Assembly (NCBI GenBank): GCA_964016885.1
Contig: CAXHJY010001395.1
Location: 1 to 40,120 of the forward strand
Length of the DNA: 40,120 nucleotides
Reading direction: 5' to 3'
Source of the DNA: Eledone cirrhosa
Taxonomy: Eukaryota
Below are positions 36,467 to 40,120 of the stretch, piece by piece. A program made the translations under genes and the position numbers. Numbering within the stretch: the stretch's first letter is position 1; each line of letters begins with the position of its first letter. A model generated the notes under the pieces. It had not been told where the DNA came from, did no database searches, and saw only the letters and a program-made list of their open reading frames with translations.

Positions 36467-37204
36467 ATGGCGGAGAAATACAAAGAATTCAAAAATGAAG
36501 ACGATACGGATTATCTGGTGTACGAAGAGGAATTCGAACCTGATGAGACATCAAGTAGAAGTGATAAATACAGCTTGGATGTCCAGAAGGAAATTGGCTT
36601 TAATTCTATAGAAGAGAAAACCAATAAAAACCAGAAAAAAATTACAAAGAACGAGGCTGTAGATGGAAAAGAAATTGGAAATCATGCAGACGATGCAAGT
36701 GAAAAAGCAGACGACACAACAGTGAGGAGAGACGAACAAGAGATCAGTAATGGCCATAGCTATGGCGTCATGTATTTCAACCACGCTGGTGAAGCAACAT
36801 TTACAACAGACCGGGTCCGTACCACCCAAGTGGAAGGAACAACGGTAATTAGCACAGCAGACTATGCATCCAACTATAATCCTTACTCTTTCGAGAAACC
36901 ATTGAAAAAAAAATCTATCAAATATATGAAAGCAGTTTCGATAGTGGCCATTTTGATTTTTTTCCCCACTGGTGTGCCAGCTTATCATTACGCCTCCAAA
37001 GCTGAAAAGGCGTTCGACGTGGGAATTGAACGCGGAAACATCGACGATGCACGAAAGTTTGCCAAGAAAAGTGAAAAATTCATCATATTTTCCTTTTTTA
37101 TAGCATTCATTATCGCAATTATAGCCCTGGCAATATACGAACGGGTACATTTGAGCCCCAGTGATGTCCGCCAACATAGCTACCATCGACTTATTGCTGG
37201 CTAA
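36467..37204 (+). CDS. CD225/dispanin-family (IFITM/PRRT/SynDIG-like) membrane protein, 245 aa, single coding exon
   Basis: Non-repetitive ORF. Acidic N-terminus, then SIVAILIFFPTGVPAYHYASKA...GNIDDARKFAKKS and a C-terminal TM helix: the CD225 pattern (hydrophobic-P-G--A---S, G----A---A, TM). Confidence 0.85.
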   Translation: MAEKYKEFKNEDDTDYLVYEEEFEPDETSSRSDKYSLDVQKEIGFNSIEEKTNKNQKKITKNEAVDGKEIGNHADDASEKADDTTVRRDEQEISNGHSYGVMYFNHAGEATFTTDRVRTTQVEGTTVISTADYASNYNPYSFEKPLKKKSIKYMKAVSIVAILIFFPTGVPAYHYASKAEKAFDVGIERGNIDDARKFAKKSEKFIIFSFFIAFIIAIIALAIYERVHLSPSDVRQHSYHRLIAG

Positions 37205-37354
37205 CAACAACCATAAAACTAACATTAATAACAACACAAGCAAACATTACTAAACAACCTAATAACGTTAAAATACGTTATTAGTAATTGTATTTTCTTT
37301 GCGATTTCTCCTTGTTTTGTCTCCGTTTGTTTTGTTTATTTATAACTACAAGAA

Positions 37355-37580
37355 GGCGGTTAGAGAATTGAATTCACAATCGCGAGTTTGTGAGCTGGAT
37401 TCCCCGACCGGGCGATGCGTTATGTCCTTGAGCAAGACACTTTATTTCACGTTGCTCCTTCAGCTTGGATTTGCGACTGATAATTGGAAAGACCGATGGA
37501 AACATTATTTCCTCGGTCCAATTTGACGAGCCCCTCCCCACTCGTTAAGTGAATGAGGTCTGAGATCTTGTTGATCGACT
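37355..37580 (+). mobile_element. CORE-like tRNA-SINE
   Basis: Degenerate tRNA head, then GTCCTTGAGCAAGACACTT (CORE-like); body shared with 19538-19660, 31988-32120 and 32760-32835. Confidence 0.7.
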
Positions 37581-37674
37581 ATAATATATTTATAATTCAA
37601 ATTGAAAGAAATATGTAGAGAGAGAGAAAACGCCATATATCGTTTGAGAAACCCATAGTATTTTGTACATAATC

Positions 37675-37706
37675 TTTAGGAAAAATAAGTACTTCAAGGT
37701 GGAAAA

Positions 37707-37747
<41 letters not shown>

Positions 37748-37848
37748 ATTTAAAAGATATATCTATAGCTTCGGTTTACGAACTATGAAACAGTTTCGTA
37801 AAGGAAAATAAGAACCTTTCCACCTTAAAGTATTTACTTTTTCCTAAA
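37675..37848. repeat. Diverged inverted repeat around (TA)n and an internal hairpin
   Basis: 37675-37704 vs 37817-37848; internal tttacgaact...agtttcgtaaa hairpin. Confidence 0.65.

Positions 37849-40120
<2,272 letters not shown>

Noticed and set aside
36538-36570. CTGATGAG inside the CDS (also CTGAAGA at ~17560 and ~35822, CTGATGA at ~32110)
   Set aside because: No stem II plus GAAA and stem I pairing; chance heptamers.

Overview
Repeat-dense eukaryotic DNA, most likely an octopus (coleoid cephalopod), inferred from the SINE repertoire and the extreme (TA)n content. Only one convincing protein-coding exon is present: a CD225/dispanin-family membrane protein at 36467-37204 (+), immediately after a 3' splice site. 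Nearly all other long ORFs are microsatellite or satellite artefacts. The rest is simple repeats, two large satellites (48-bp unit, 2681-7008; 9-bp unit, 21058-24728), several minisatellites, two or three tRNA-SINE families, 5'-truncated LINE remnants (Tx1/L1, CRE-like RLE, RTE) and small DNA-transposon MITEs. The most striking signal is at 7.3-10.7 kb, with outliers elsewhere. Short non-coding islands sit in (TA)n tracts, many forming long DNA palindromes, and carry minimal type I hammerhead ribozymes (CUGANGA...GAAA with a palindromic stem III loop). Three unrelated intact motifs, a both-strand pair, a core-variant family and a multi-copy half-ribozyme family are visible. This fits Penelope-like element (PLE) pLTR or retrozyme-like remnants, although no PLE RT or GIY-YIG ORF is in the window.
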